Source: Bacilli bacterium (GTDB lineage: Bacteria; Bacillota_I; Bacilli_A; RFN20; CAG-826). From it: DNA of 64,000 nt. Positions within the stretch are counted from its first letter, which is position 1; each line of letters begins with the position of its first letter. The stretch spans positions 29,996 through 93,995 of the forward strand of contig JAFUXB010000002.1 in assembly GCA_017477255.1 (NCBI GenBank), in the 5' to 3' direction. The notes under the pieces are model-generated. The model was not told where the DNA came from and searched no databases. It was given only the letters and a program-made list of their open reading frames with translations. A program made the translations under genes and the position numbers. Positions 63,166-64,000 of the stretch are shown in pieces.

Positions 63166-64000
63166 ATGGCAAAGCAAAAAGTTTTAAGAAATATTGATGA
63201 ATTATCAGTTGCTGCTATTAGAGCAACTTGTATTGATGGTATTAATAAATCAAAAAGTGGCCATCCAGGCGTATGTTTAGGCATTGCACCAGCTGCTTAT
63301 ATTTTATATAAAGACTTTGTTAATGCTAATCCATTCCATCCAGATTGGATAAATAGAGATAGAGTTGTTTGGAGCTGCGGACATGCTTCAATGCTTATTT
63401 ATACTCTTTTACATTTATGCAGTTTTGATGTTTCAATGGAAGATCTTAAAAACTTTAGACAACTTGGAAGTAGAACTCCAGGACATCCAGAAGTTGGTGT
63501 TACTCAAGGAGTTGATGCTGGAAGTGGTCCATTAGGTCAAGGAATTGCTCAATCAGTTGGTATGGCTATGGCTGAAGCTATGCTTAATGCTAAATATGGA
63601 AGTAAAGTTTATAGTCATTACACATATTGTTTTTGTGGTGATGGTTGCTTAGAAGAAGGTATTTCTCAAGAGGCAATCACATTTGCTGGATTACAAAAAT
63701 TAAATAAATTAATTCTTATTTATGATAGTAATAACGTCACTTTAGATGGAAAATTAGAAGATTCTAACGTTGAAAACGTTGCTTTAAGATTTGAAGCAGC
63801 TAACTGGAATGTTATTACTGTAAAAGATGGAAATAATTTAAGAAGAATTAAAAAAGCTATTGCTAATGCTAGATTATCACTTGAAAAACCAACTTTAATT
63901 ATTGTTAAAACAATTATTGGTTTTGGTAGTAAAAATGAAGGAACTAATAAAGTCCATGGCGCTCCACTTGGTGAAGAAGATGGAAATAATGCGAAAGCAA
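63166..64000 (+). CDS. tkt: Transketolase (N-terminal part; continues past window end)
   Basis: Own reading from ATG 63166 (AAGGAG SD): MAKQKVLRNIDELSVAAIRATCIDGINKSKSGHPGVCLG...GHASMLIYTLLHL...GPLGQG...GDGCLEEGIS...GAPLG. Confidence 0.92.
   Translation, partial: MAKQKVLRNIDELSVAAIRATCIDGINKSKSGHPGVCLGIAPAAYILYKDFVNANPFHPDWINRDRVVWSCGHASMLIYTLLHLCSFDVSMEDLKNFRQLGSRTPGHPEVGVTQGVDAGSGPLGQGIAQSVGMAMAEAMLNAKYGSKVYSHYTYCFCGDGCLEEGISQEAITFAGLQKLNKLILIYDSNNVTLDGKLEDSNVENVALRFEAANWNVITVKDGNNLRRIKKAIANARLSLEKPTLIIVKTIIGFGSKNEGTNKVHGAPLGEEDGNNAKA

Noticed and set aside
62874-63284. 136-aa minus-strand ORF spanning the aspS/tkt junction
   Set aside because: Both + strand genes are certain and tightly coupled. 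The antisense product has no recognisable motif.
1-64000. Possibility of the Mollicutes genetic code (TGA = Trp)
   Set aside because: Long ORFs are intact under the standard code. TGA serves as the stop in ATGA overlaps (1553-1556, 40946-40949) and at 14924-14926. Trp positions use TGG. Table 11 fits.
1-64000. CRISPR arrays, transposases, integrases, prophage or known defence-system genes, rRNA/tRNA genes
   Set aside because: I saw no repeat-spacer periodicity, no recombinase or transposase-like ORFs, no tRNA-like T-loop (GGTTCGAATCC-type) motifs, and no non-coding region longer than about 255 nt. The two longest are T-box leaders.

Overview
By eye this is a very AT-rich (about 30% GC) bacterial chromosome segment. 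It uses the standard genetic code: TGA is a stop (ATGA stop/start overlaps at dtd/mnmA and at uvrC/next gene) and TGG encodes Trp. About 46 protein genes are tightly packed, 41 of them on the + strand, and almost all are housekeeping. They cover five aminoacyl-tRNA ligases (pheST, ileS, valS, hisS, aspS), RNA metabolism (pnp, an RNase J paralog, rnhC, rluD, rsmH, mnmA, dtd), ribosome-related genes (rpsO, rplU-prp-rpmA, obg, engB), DNA repair (rarA, mutS2, uvrC, ruvAB, recJ), protein quality control and export (tig, lon, secDF, lspA), rel, glgB-glgP, dxs-like and tkt. Gene order is a condensed version of the Bacillus subtilis map: pheST; mraZ-rsmH-small TM gene; rpsO..pnp; ileS-lspA-rluD; rnhC/mutS2-uvrC; tig-lon-engB-valS; rplU-prp-rpmA-obg; ruvAB-secDF-recJ-rel-hisS-aspS. 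The division/cell-wall cluster stops after the small TM gene, with no pbp, mur or fts genes. That suggests, by inference only, a streamlined and possibly wall-less Bacilli/Mollicutes-like organism (Acholeplasma- or RF39-like). I found no rRNA, tRNA, CRISPR array, transposase, integrase or recognisable defence genes. Supported non-coding features are two T-box leaders (Phe, Ile), a 10-bp-phased MraZ-type operator, several strong sigma-A promoters, about ten rho-independent terminators, and a candidate L21 leader. The most unusual items are listed here. (1) A self-contained two-gene cassette (12.6-13.15 kb) whose first product is a ~91-aa protein ending in the class III RNR (NrdD)-type glycyl-radical loop but lacking the rest of NrdD. 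The cassette is bracketed by inverted arrays of a CTACTAA heptamer. (2) An RNase J paralog has lost the HxHxDH metal-binding motif. (3) A 1009-aa Ig-like (Big_2) surface protein is fused to a C-terminal VanZ-like membrane domain and sits in an operon with a divergent DXS-like enzyme. (4) A -10 hexamer followed by 6-7 nt and then ATG, with no Shine-Dalgarno, recurs at several operon starts and implies leaderless mRNAs. One case is a 22-bp perfect palindrome driving rarA and dtd divergently. (5) A small membrane-protein ORF has its SD complementary to two upstream anti-SD-like tracts. No tools were run, so all family calls rest on motif recognition and synteny.
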